Part shown: positions 1-9,261 of the stretch, one piece after another | Position numbering within the stretch: position 1 is the first letter of the stretch | How the letters are laid out: each line of letters opens with the position of its first letter | Assembly: GCA_964387645.1 (NCBI GenBank) | Contig: CAYLYM010000006.1 | Span: 355 to 64,354, forward strand | DNA: 64,000 bases | DNA from: an uncultured Calditrichaceae bacterium | GTDB taxonomy: Bacteria; Calditrichota; Calditrichia; RBG-13-44-9 | Direction of reading: 5' to 3' | Made by a program: the position numbers and the translations under genes | The notes under the pieces: generated by a model | Seen by the model: only the letters and a program-made list of their open reading frames with translations | The model's database searches: none | What the model was told of the DNA's origin: nothing

Positions 1-19
1 ACAGGCTTTATTTTTCGGC

Positions 20-862
20 ATGAAAAAATTTTTTCTCATCATCATTTTGACTTTATTCGTTTTTGAAAGTGCTCATACAAATGAAAGGTACTATTTTATT
101 CGATCTTCCACTTGCAACAACTTTTTTTCTAATTTCAAAAGCGATTTTCAACATTTTATTGGCATTGGTGTACAATTGTTCATTTCTCCCTCTCAATTCC
201 ATCAGGATGATTTGAAAAGAATTGGAATTATTGCTGGAAGTACTGCTTTATTGTTTTTAATAGATAAAGATATTCGAAATTTTGCACAATCTTATCAAAG
301 CAAAACAAACAACCGGGTTTTTCAATTAGATAATTATTATGGGAATAAATATACCTTTTACTTAACACTAAGCACCTATGTATTAGGTTATTTCTCAAGA
401 AAAGAGGCTGTTCGAGAAACAGGATTACTATCCATGGAAGCATTTTTGTATTCAGGATTCATTACGAACCTACTAAAAGTATTTATTGGCAGACGTAGAC
501 CCAATGGAGGTGAAAACCATCTCGTTTTTAAACCTTTCCAATTTAAAACGCATTACAAATCCCTTCCCAGTGGTCATTCGACAGTGAGTTTTGCGGTTTC
601 AACCATTATGGCAAAATCCTGGAATAATCTCTTTTGGAAAACATTTTGGTATGGTTCTGCGGCGATGGTGGCAGTATCACGGATTTACCATAATGCTCAC
701 TGGATTTCAGATATCTTTTCGGGAGGTATGATCGGTTACAGTATTGCTCATTTTATTAATAAGTATAACTGTGAAAGAGAAGACAATCTAAATATCCATT
801 CTTTTCAAAGCTTTCAAATTTATATCAATGGGAATAAGTTAGGTTTTATTCTTCAATTTTAA
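20..862 (+). CDS. PAP2-family phosphatase (membrane-associated acid phosphatase/phosphatidic acid phosphatase-like), N-terminal signal/TM segment
   Basis: PAP2 signature motifs are present in order: KVFIGRRRP, PSGHS, SRIYHNAHWISD. Hydrophobic N-terminus MKKFFLIIILTLFVF. Confidence 0.8.
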   Translation: MKKFFLIIILTLFVFESAHTNERYYFIRSSTCNNFFSNFKSDFQHFIGIGVQLFISPSQFHQDDLKRIGIIAGSTALLFLIDKDIRNFAQSYQSKTNNRVFQLDNYYGNKYTFYLTLSTYVLGYFSRKEAVRETGLLSMEAFLYSGFITNLLKVFIGRRRPNGGENHLVFKPFQFKTHYKSLPSGHSTVSFAVSTIMAKSWNNLFWKTFWYGSAAMVAVSRIYHNAHWISDIFSGGMIGYSIAHFINKYNCEREDNLNIHSFQSFQIYINGNKLGFILQF

Positions 863-1780
863 GGTAATTAGAACTTCATTAGACCTTCAGGGCTCTAAAT
901 TTAACTGATTATCTTGTCTTTAGTTAAATAATAAAAAATTTCGTGAGTACCATGACTTTCTTGCTCACCGTTCTACTAACCGCTAAGCTCTTATCTTAAA
1001 TTTGGACTGTTCATAATTGTCAAGAATGAAAAACAGAGAGATGTCATCCTGGGCATATTTGAGTGAATACCACCATTTTTCCTTAAAAAATTTATACACA
1101 AATAAATTTCTTTATCCATCAATTTTATATTTTGCCGTTAATTTTTTTTACATTTTACAATAAATTAATTTTAATTCTTTCTAAACCAGTTGATGTAGTT
1201 GATATGGAGAAAAAAATAAATTTGCTCAAATTGTTGCTCAAAGGGGAGATTTGCTATATGTATAATTTTCATAGAAAAATTGTTGTCGAATATGAAAAAA
1301 TATTTTATAAAAGTGAGAAAGATTTTCTGTTTAAATATTTAAAAAAATTAATAAAACAGAAACTTCCAAATTTCTATTGACAAAATAAATCATTTATTAT
1401 ATACTGTAATAATAGAATAATTATATTTTTGAAGAAGTTGGCGAAAATACAGGGAAATAGTTTTTTTGATCTTGCTTGTTTTAATTTAACATTATTTTTA
1501 AAAGATTGATCTATCAATAATTTTTCAAACCTTTAGCTTAAAAAATATCGAGCGAATATCTAAGAAAAAAATATAAGTTAAAAATATTTATCGAATAAGA
1601 TTTGTTAATGAAAAGAAATTTAGTTATGTATTTTTGAATATATATTGTATATTCAATTATATATTAAAAATATTATTAAATTCTGAAAAATATATCGTTT
1701 AAATTGATTATGGGATAAAGATTAGTTTTATTAATTTTTACTTGTTTTTAACAGGTTTATAAATAATACAGGAGGTATGA

Positions 1781-3457
1781 ATGCAAGGAATTGAAAAAAG
1801 CCCTACTGGAATTAAGGGATTCGATGAAATAACACTAGGAGGTTTACCTAAAGAGAGACCAACTTTAGTTTGTGGAAAAGCAGGTTGTGGAAAAACTTTA
1901 TTTGCTATGGAATTTATTTATAAAGGTGCAGTAGAATTTAGAGAACCTGGCGTATTTGTTGCATTTGAAGAGACTGAAGAAGAACTGAAAAAGAATGTTA
2001 CAGCACTGGGATGGAACCTGGATAAGCTGATTGGTGAGAAAAAATTGATTATTGAACATATTCGTATTAATCCTTCAGAAATTGTGGAGACGGGAGAATA
2101 TAGCCTGGATGGCCTTTTGCTTCGTTTGAAGGCTGCGATCGATGAGATTGGCGCAAAAAGATTGGCAATTGATACTATTGAAGTTTTATTTAGTAGTTAT
2201 TCCAACAGTTTTATACTTCGAGCCGAAATACAGCGGCTATTTCGTTTTCTTAAAGAAAATAAGGTTACAGCCGTTATCACGGGTGAAATGGGAGATGGTA
2301 GACTAACCCGACATGGACTGGAAGAATATGTTTCGGATTGTGTGGTTTCTTTAGATCATTCTGTTGCCAATGGAATTGCTACACGCAGGTTACGGGTGGT
2401 AAAGTATCGTGGCTCTCGCCACGGAACCAATGAATTTCCGTTTTTTATTGAAGAAAATGGATTTTCCTTAATGCCAGTTACTGATCTGGAGATGGATTAT
2501 GAGGTACCTCATGAGAAAATTTCCACAGGAATTCCCCGCTTAGATGCCATGTTTGGAGGTGAGGGCTGTTATCGGGGTAGCAGCATTCTTATTTCCGGTA
2601 CTGCCGGAACAGGAAAGAGTACTTTGGCAGTTACTTTTGCAGATGCCAGTTGTCGCCGCCAAGAACCCTGCCTCTATATTAGCTTCGAAGAATCAGCAGA
2701 TCAAATCATTAGAAACATGCGTTCGGTTGGATTTGATTTGAAAAAACATATAGATAATGGCTTATTGAAATTTTACTCAACACGTCCAACCTTGATGGGA
2801 TTGGAAGAACATCTTTTCATGATACAGTCACAGATAGATAAATTTAACCCCAAGATGGTAATTGTTGATCCTATTTCAAATTTAGTATCCATTTCATCTC
2901 AACTGGAAGTGAAATGGATGTTTACCCGCTTAATTGATTTTATTAAAAGGAAACAAATCACAACTATCATGACTGATTTAACGGAACAGGATAGTTATTT
3001 CCGGGAAAATTCAACTGTGGGTATCTCCTCTCTTATTGATACCTGGATTTTCCTCAGGGACATTGAATCGGGAGGAGAAAGAAATAGAGGGCTTTATATA
3101 CTAAAAGCCAGAGGATTGAATCACTCCAATCAGATTAGAGAATTTCATATTACTTCAAAAGGAATAAAGTTCCTGGATGTTTATACCGGACCTGGAGGAG
3201 TTTTAACAGGTTCGGCCCGATTGACTCAAATGGTAAATGATAAATTAGCAGAACTTAAACGAAAATATGAAGTAAAAAATAAACAATTACAGTTGGAATT
3301 AATGCGTAAACAGATGGAATCCAGGATAGCTGAAATCAGGGCTGAATATGAAGCAAAAGAAGCAGAACTTAAACGTTTAATTGAACAAGATGAATTAAAA
3401 CAAAAAATTTTGGAAGATGCCAGAAAAGAAATGGCGGAACTTCGTAGAGCGGATTAA
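1781..3457 (+). CDS. kaiC: Circadian-clock-type ATPase KaiC (duplicated RecA-like CI and CII domains) with ~70 aa C-terminal coiled-coil extension
   Basis: Two Walker A motifs (GKAGCGKT, GTAGTGKS). Paired catalytic glutamates FEETEE and FEES. SS pair aligning with the KaiC S431/T432 phosphosites (GISSLIDTWIFL). Lys/Glu/Arg-rich heptad tail (ELKRKYEVKNKQLQLELMRKQ...AELRRAD). AGGAGG RBS 6 nt upstream. Confidence 0.9.
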   Translation: MQGIEKSPTGIKGFDEITLGGLPKERPTLVCGKAGCGKTLFAMEFIYKGAVEFREPGVFVAFEETEEELKKNVTALGWNLDKLIGEKKLIIEHIRINPSEIVETGEYSLDGLLLRLKAAIDEIGAKRLAIDTIEVLFSSYSNSFILRAEIQRLFRFLKENKVTAVITGEMGDGRLTRHGLEEYVSDCVVSLDHSVANGIATRRLRVVKYRGSRHGTNEFPFFIEENGFSLMPVTDLEMDYEVPHEKISTGIPRLDAMFGGEGCYRGSSILISGTAGTGKSTLAVTFADASCRRQEPCLYISFEESADQIIRNMRSVGFDLKKHIDNGLLKFYSTRPTLMGLEEHLFMIQSQIDKFNPKMVIVDPISNLVSISSQLEVKWMFTRLIDFIKRKQITTIMTDLTEQDSYFRENSTVGISSLIDTWIFLRDIESGGERNRGLYILKARGLNHSNQIREFHITSKGIKFLDVYTGPGGVLTGSARLTQMVNDKLAELKRKYEVKNKQLQLELMRKQMESRIAEIRAEYEAKEAELKRLIEQDELKQKILEDARKEMAELRRAD

Positions 3458-3476
3458 AAATTTTTGAGGTGATAGA

Positions 3477-3815
3477 ATGGTCAAGACAAAATCAACTCAG
3501 GATCAAAAGTCGGATAAATCAGATGAGTTTTATGAGTTAAGACTTTATGTTGTAGGACAAAGTGAAAATTCTTTAAGAGCGTTTAAAAATTTGAAAAATA
3601 TTTGTGAAGAATACCTGAAGGGTAGGTATTCTATAGAAGTGATTGATTTGTTGGAAAATCCACAATTAGCTAAAGACCACCAGATATTGGCAGTTCCCAC
3701 CCTGGTTCGGAAATTGCCTGAACCAATGAAAAAAATAATCGGGAATCTTGCTAATAAAGAGAAAGTCCTTGTGGGACTGGATCTGAAACCGATGGAATTT
3801 AAGGATAAAGATTAA
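3477..3815 (+). CDS. kaiB: KaiB (thioredoxin-like fold), copy 1
   Basis: 112 aa. KaiB-like core [14 protein letters not shown]...[12 protein letters not shown]. Lies immediately downstream of kaiC with its own GAGGTG RBS. Confidence 0.85.
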   Translation: MVKTKSTQDQKSDKSDEFYELRLYVVGQSENSLRAFKNLKNICEEYLKGRYSIEVIDLLENPQLAKDHQILAVPTLVRKLPEPMKKIIGNLANKEKVLVGLDLKPMEFKDKD

Positions 3816-3838
3816 TCTAAAGCAAGGAAGGATCATTA

Positions 3839-4177
3839 ATGAAAAATGGAGAAAAAGAAATTCAAAATGTAGCGGCTGAATTTGAAAAAGCTTTGCAAAA
3901 ACAGGGAAAGTTATTTTATCGACTCAAGCTTTTTATCTCTGCTAATTCGCCAAGATCGAACAAAGCGATCTTGAATTTAAAATATATCTGCCAGACTTAT
4001 CTTGATGAAAAATATGAATTAGAGGTAATTGATGTTTTAAAAGAAAGAAGTAGTTTAAAAACCTATCACATTATAGCTATTCCGACTTTAATTAAAGAGA
4101 CACCTCTTCCAAAACGAAAGCTGATTGGAGATTTATCCAATAAAGAAGAAGTTTTATATGGATTAGGCATCAAATGA
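3839..4177 (+). CDS. kaiB: KaiB paralog, copy 2
   Basis: 112 aa. LKLFISANSPRS...IIAIPTLIKETPLP matches the same KaiB architecture as copy 1 but is diverged from it. Tandem to copy 1 and co-oriented. Confidence 0.8.
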   Translation: MKNGEKEIQNVAAEFEKALQKQGKLFYRLKLFISANSPRSNKAILNLKYICQTYLDEKYELEVIDVLKERSSLKTYHIIAIPTLIKETPLPKRKLIGDLSNKEEVLYGLGIK

Positions 4178-4196
4178 GCGAGGAGGAATTCTTAAA

Positions 4197-7103
4197 GTGG
4201 GGAATGGAAAAAAAACTCAATCTCATCTTGAAAAGGAGATTCAACGTTTGCAGAAAGAGTTGGGAGAAGCCACTTCAACTTTAAACGCCATAAGAGCTGG
4301 CGAAGTGGATGCCATCGTGGTACATGGTGATAAACAGACCCATGTATATACACTTAAAAGAGCTGATCAATCGTTTCTAACTCTTGTTGAGGAAATGTTG
4401 GAAGGGGCTGTAATTTTTGCATTAGATGGCACGATAATATATTGTAATTCAAGCTTTGCTGAAATGGTCGGAATGCCGGTGAAAAAGGTTATCGGTTCAT
4501 CGTTTTATCAGTTTGTGCTCCCTTCGAGAAAAATTGATATAGAAAAAACTCTGAAAAAAATTGATAAGGATGGATTGCAATTTGAAATGGAATTGAAAAC
4601 TGCGTTGGATAAGAATATACCTGCACTTTTATCCATTAAAAAGACAACCATTGAAAAGGAAGAATTGTTCACCACAACAATTGTTGATTTAAGCGAACAA
4701 AAAAGAAATGAGGAGATTATTGCACGTGGAAGATTGATAGAATCAATGTTAAAACAATCGCAAGAAGCGATTTTGGTTTGTGATGTTGAAGGGCGAATTA
4801 TCATGAGTAGCGAGCCAGCCAGAGAAATGGCCGGTAAAACCAACCTGAATCAATATTTCAAGAATGTTTTCCCCAATATTGTTTTAATGTTAGACGATCC
4901 TTCAGGTTCAGAAACAATTAAACAAATTCCTTTCTCAATCGATGATATTTTGCAAGGCAAATTTTTTTACAATATCGAAGGTAAATTTCAGCGCGGAGAT
5001 GGCAAAATCTATAATATTTTACTGCGAGCTCAAAGTATAAGAGATGAGAAAGATAATATAATTGGTGCTGTTGTTGGGTTTTCGGATATCACTCGGATTA
5101 AGAAAACTGAAAGTAAACGTGTGGCGCTATTTCAGATATCACATGCAGCTTTTTCTGCAGGTAATTTGAAGGAATTCTATTCCAAAGTGCATCAGATTGT
5201 TGGCAAAGTTTGTTATGCTGAAAATTTTTATATTGCCTTGTATTATAGAAATAAAAAAAGATTTGAGTTTGTATATGTTGTGGATGAATATGAGAAATCA
5301 CGCTTACCCAGTGCTCTGGCAGAGATTCTTATAAATAAGGTCACCCAAAAAAAAGAACCTTTATTGGCTTCAAAATCCGAAATTAAAAATTGGGTTTTGG
5401 AAAAAGGAGAGAAGTTTGAAGGAAAAATACCGAATTATTTTTTAGGAGTGCCTTTAAAAGTAAAAGATCAGCCCATCGGCGTTTTGGCTCTTCAGACTTA
5501 TAGGAATTGTGTGTCTTTCGATGAGGAAGAGATGGATTTCTTGAGAGTTATATCTGAACAGGTGGCAATGGCTATAGAGCGTATTCGGATAAATGAAGAA
5601 AATAAATTTCACAATACTGTTTTAACGTGGGTGCCCTATGGAGTTTTAATATTAGATCATACAGGAAAATTGGTCTGGGCTAATTCCACCTTTTGTCAGA
5701 TGATAGATTATTCAATGAAGGAACTCCAGGATGAATTTCCACCAATATATAAAGATTCTGTAAATTTTGGGCAACTTTTCGTTGAGATAGTAAAGTCTCT
5801 CGAGGAAAGTCAATCGTGGCAGGGAGAACTTGTTGTTTTAAGAAAAGATGGGAGTAATTTTCCTGCAGAAGCAATTTTTTCTCCAATAGAAAGAAATGGG
5901 AGTTATTTAGCAAGATATGTTGCCATCATACAAGACGTTTCTGAGAAACGTGAATTGGAACAACAATTTTTCCAGGCTCAGAAAATGGAGGCCATTGGCA
6001 AACTTGCTGGTGGTGTGGCCCACGATTTTAATAATATTCTCACCATAATTAATGGTTATAGCGATTTATTGTTGGCCAGATTAGATACGGATCATCCTTT
6101 TTACAAAGAAATATCTATGATCCGAAAAGCTGGGGAGCGGGCAAGCGGGTTGACAAACCAGCTTTTAGCTTTCAGCAGAAAGCAAATGATACGCCCCAGA
6201 AATCTTAACCTGAATACAATAATAAAAGACACAGAAAAAATGTTGAAGCGTTTAATAGGCGAAGATATTGAGCTTGTAACTCATCTAGATCCCGATTTAA
6301 ATGAAATTCACGTTGATCCCACACAGATTGATCAAATCATTATGAATCTTGCTGTAAATGCCAGGGATGCCATGCCCAAAGGGGGCAAACTAACTATTGA
6401 AACAAAAAATGTCGAATTAGACCAGAGTTATATCCAGAAACATGGAGAAGTTAAAGCAGGTTCTTATGTGATGCTTTCTATAAGTGATACAGGAATCGGG
6501 ATAGATAAGGAAACGATGCAACATATTTTTGAGCCTTTTTTTACAACTAAAGGTAAGGGAGAAGGAACCGGGCTTGGTTTATCTACTGTATACGGAATTG
6601 TAAAGCAAAATAATGGATATATTTGGGTTTACAGCGAGCCCGGCGAAGGTGCAGTTTTTAAAATCTATTTCCCAATAACTTCTAAAAAAGCTGGAGATGT
6701 CGAAGTCGAGAAAATTTCATCAGAAGAGTTAATTGGTAATGAAACAATTCTCCTAGCAGAAGATGATCATTGGGTAAGAGAATTAACAAAGTCCACTCTG
6801 GAAGCTTATGGTTACAAAGTATTGGAAGTAGAACGCGGTGATGAAGCGCTTAAAATTTGCAAAGAATTTAAGAATCCCATACATTTGCTGTTAACTGATG
6901 TAGTTATGCCTGGAATGAGTGGTAGCGAACTAGCTAAAAAAATATTAGAATATCATAAGGATATCAAAATTTTATATATGTCGGGTTATACCGATGACGC
7001 CATGATAAGATATGGGATTCGTGATAAAGAAGTAGAGTTTCTTCAAAAGCCTTTTTCTTCAAAAGTTCTTCTTGAAAAAGTAAGAAAGATATTGAATAAA
7101 TAG
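4197..7103 (+). CDS. Hybrid sensor histidine kinase: PAS-PAS-GAF-PAS sensor region, HisKA (H-box VAHDFNNILTII), HATPase_c (N-box NLAVNARDAM, G-box GTGLGLSTVYGIV), C-terminal receiver domain
   Basis: 968 aa ORF with a GTG start 10 nt after AGGAGG. Conserved H, N, G1 and G2 boxes. C-terminal REC with DD...D...K pattern (ILLAEDDHW...LLLTDVVMPGMSG). Co-oriented directly after kaiB2 with a 19 nt gap. Confidence 0.85.
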   Translation: MGNGKKTQSHLEKEIQRLQKELGEATSTLNAIRAGEVDAIVVHGDKQTHVYTLKRADQSFLTLVEEMLEGAVIFALDGTIIYCNSSFAEMVGMPVKKVIGSSFYQFVLPSRKIDIEKTLKKIDKDGLQFEMELKTALDKNIPALLSIKKTTIEKEELFTTTIVDLSEQKRNEEIIARGRLIESMLKQSQEAILVCDVEGRIIMSSEPAREMAGKTNLNQYFKNVFPNIVLMLDDPSGSETIKQIPFSIDDILQGKFFYNIEGKFQRGDGKIYNILLRAQSIRDEKDNIIGAVVGFSDITRIKKTESKRVALFQISHAAFSAGNLKEFYSKVHQIVGKVCYAENFYIALYYRNKKRFEFVYVVDEYEKSRLPSALAEILINKVTQKKEPLLASKSEIKNWVLEKGEKFEGKIPNYFLGVPLKVKDQPIGVLALQTYRNCVSFDEEEMDFLRVISEQVAMAIERIRINEENKFHNTVLTWVPYGVLILDHTGKLVWANSTFCQMIDYSMKELQDEFPPIYKDSVNFGQLFVEIVKSLEESQSWQGELVVLRKDGSNFPAEAIFSPIERNGSYLARYVAIIQDVSEKRELEQQFFQAQKMEAIGKLAGGVAHDFNNILTIINGYSDLLLARLDTDHPFYKEISMIRKAGERASGLTNQLLAFSRKQMIRPRNLNLNTIIKDTEKMLKRLIGEDIELVTHLDPDLNEIHVDPTQIDQIIMNLAVNARDAMPKGGKLTIETKNVELDQSYIQKHGEVKAGSYVMLSISDTGIGIDKETMQHIFEPFFTTKGKGEGTGLGLSTVYGIVKQNNGYIWVYSEPGEGAVFKIYFPITSKKAGDVEVEKISSEELIGNETILLAEDDHWVRELTKSTLEAYGYKVLEVERGDEALKICKEFKNPIHLLLTDVVMPGMSGSELAKKILEYHKDIKILYMSGYTDDAMIRYGIRDKEVEFLQKPFSSKVLLEKVRKILNK

Positions 7104-7234
7104 AATAAAAAACTCACCACGGCACACTTATTCTTTTTTAACAATTAAAAGGTTATATTTTAATTTATTATTTCTGCAATTAAAGGACCGATTGATCCTT
7201 CAATTAAGATGATGAGACTTTAACTGTCGAAAAA

Positions 7235-7271
7235 ATCGATAAATTTATCGATTTTGAATCTATAATCGATA
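7235..7271. promoter_or_regulatory. Perfect 18-bp palindrome ATCGATAAATTTATCGAT plus a third ATCGATA half-site 13 bp downstream; candidate operator
   Basis: Read directly in the 520 bp intergenic region between the kai/HK operon and rdgB. Confidence 0.3.
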
Positions 7272-7623
7272 AGAAGACTCATCCAATTATAAATTTTAGA
7301 AAACTTAAATTTTGTTTTAAGTTTATTATTTTATTCGTCTTAGATAAATGCACTTAAGTTATTTTGATATTTTTTTGATAAAAATCAGCAGAAAGAGAGA
7401 AAGAATACCAATATTGAAGTAAAGCGGAAGTTTTTTGAAAGTGGATATGCTTTTGATTAGCAATATTTACAAATCAAAAGTTTCTGTTTTTAATAGACTC
7501 TTGAAAGTATAAATAAACCGCTTTTTTAAAATATAGCATTGCTAACAAGGTAAATCTGCTTTATTTTCGATCACATTTTATTGCGAATTACTTTGAGGAT
7601 GGAAAAAATTAGCAAGGTAATTT

Positions 7624-8217
7624 ATGTTAAAGATAGTTGTTGCTACTGGTAATGAAGACAAGTTTAGAGAAATTCTGGATATTTTAAAAGAAGTGCCGGC
7701 AGAGTTTTTCTCATTAAAAGATTTTCCTGATATACCTGAGATCGAGGAAACCGGTATAAGTTTTACCGAGAATGCGTTGTTAAAGGCAAGAACGGTACAC
7801 AAAGCTACTGGTCTTTTTACCCTTGCCGATGATTCAGGTCTTGAAGTAGACGCATTGAATGGAGCACCTGGAATTTATTCTGCACGTTATGCTGGGCAAG
7901 AAAAAGATTATACGGCAAATAATGAAAAGCTATTGAGAGAAATGGAGCAACTTCCTCCAAAAATGCGAGGTGCCCAATTTCGATGTGTGGTGGCTTTAGT
8001 TGGGCAGAATTTTGAGCAAATCGTGGAAGGTGTGATTCGAGGCCGAATTATTGATGAATTGCGCGGGAGTGCCGGATTTGGCTATGATCCCCTGTTCGTC
8101 CCCGAAGGTTACAACAAAACTTTTGCTGAGTTGGGTGAGGAGATCAAAAATAGGATCAGCCACCGTGCCAGAGCGTTTCATAAAGCGAAAGAAATTCTTC
8201 TGAACTTATGGGAATAA
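7624..8217 (+). CDS. rdgB: Non-canonical purine NTP pyrophosphatase (dITP/XTP pyrophosphatase, RdgB/Ham1 family)
   Basis: KIVVATGNEDKFREI N-terminus, FGYDPLF motif, about 197 aa. Confidence 0.85.
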   Translation: MLKIVVATGNEDKFREILDILKEVPAEFFSLKDFPDIPEIEETGISFTENALLKARTVHKATGLFTLADDSGLEVDALNGAPGIYSARYAGQEKDYTANNEKLLREMEQLPPKMRGAQFRCVVALVGQNFEQIVEGVIRGRIIDELRGSAGFGYDPLFVPEGYNKTFAELGEEIKNRISHRARAFHKAKEILLNLWE

Positions 8218-8230
8218 AAACCTCGATTTT

Positions 8231-8818
8231 TCAAACTAACCTTGCTTTGGTTTCTTCGGCAAACTGAATAAGTTGAGGAAAAAATTCCTGAAAATCTTTG
8301 TTAAACGCTTCGTATTGTTTTATTAGCTCACTAACACTTTTTCCCAGATTATTTTTCCGACTTAATCTTTGAGAAAGTCCTTTCAATGCTTTGTCAATTC
8401 CTTCAATTTCCCTGTAAGAAAGCAACCAATTATCTTCGATCATTTTAGGTAACATAAGTTGCATTCTTGGTGGAATGATTGAAACATATTTTCTTAAAAT
8501 GCCATACACCTTCTGGCAAAATGCTTCTAAAGGCAAGTCAGAATAATGTTTCCAATTTTTTGCCAGGAAATGATCGTAAAAAATATCGATGATGATACCT
8601 TTTAACAGATGAAAATCGCCATTAAGTCTATGTTGGCTTCGCAAAAAAACCTCGTGTGAGTCAGTAAATTTATCTATCTTTCTGTGTAGTAAAATGCCTT
8701 TACAAATTTCCTTATCATATTTCGACTGAAAATCATTGTCAACAAAATCAGCCAAAATATTTCCTATTAGTGAATCAGGAGAGTCATCAGCTAAAAACAG
8801 ATGTGCCAGAAAATTCAT
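8231..8818 (-). CDS. acpH: Acyl carrier protein phosphodiesterase (AcpH-like)
   Basis: N-terminus MNFLAHLFLADDSPDSLIGNILADFV is characteristic of AcpH. Size about 195 aa. Confidence 0.6.
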   Translation of the reverse strand: MNFLAHLFLADDSPDSLIGNILADFVDNDFQSKYDKEICKGILLHRKIDKFTDSHEVFLRSQHRLNGDFHLLKGIIIDIFYDHFLAKNWKHYSDLPLEAFCQKVYGILRKYVSIIPPRMQLMLPKMIEDNWLLSYREIEGIDKALKGLSQRLSRKNNLGKSVSELIKQYEAFNKDFQEFFPQLIQFAEETKARLV

Positions 8819-9261
8819 GGTTTAATAATCCTCTCGATCTCATTTAGTTTTCGTAGTTCCTAAAAATTAATTTATTTTTTAATACCCTTTATTTAAACAT
8901 AAATTGATAATGAAGTTGGATTTTTAAGTAAATTTTACCATTTCTTACCGATTAAAATTGTCAGTAAACACAGTTCCAGCAAGTTTAGAGTAATTGCATA
9001 GCTATTTAATTTCCATTCTGTGACGAAATAATGCAAAGTAATTTTTCAAAGATTTCTTTTACTAGAACTTGTATTGCTTTCTTTAAAAATTGGGTTATCC
9101 GTTAAGAAAAGTTTCAGGTTAATAATAATTTTCTAATTTACCCATTTTTTCATTTTATTTGAAAGTTAAATATAGTATTTTTTAAAATAAATTTAAAGAG
9201 GAGGGAAATTTAAAATGTAGTTAAAAGCAGAAATTTAATTTAATAAAAATAAAAGGTGAGA

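Noticed and set aside
1132-1380. 82-aa ORF in the kaiC upstream region
   Set aside because: Lys/Phe/Tyr-rich translation typical of AT-rich DNA, TTG start without RBS, no recognisable motif. Most likely non-coding.
2544-2741. 65-aa ORF in alternate frame inside kaiC
   Set aside because: Fully embedded in a well-supported conserved gene. No independent signal.
4508-4843. 111-aa antisense ORF inside the hybrid histidine kinase
   Set aside because: Antisense to a conserved domain-coding region. Low-complexity translation.
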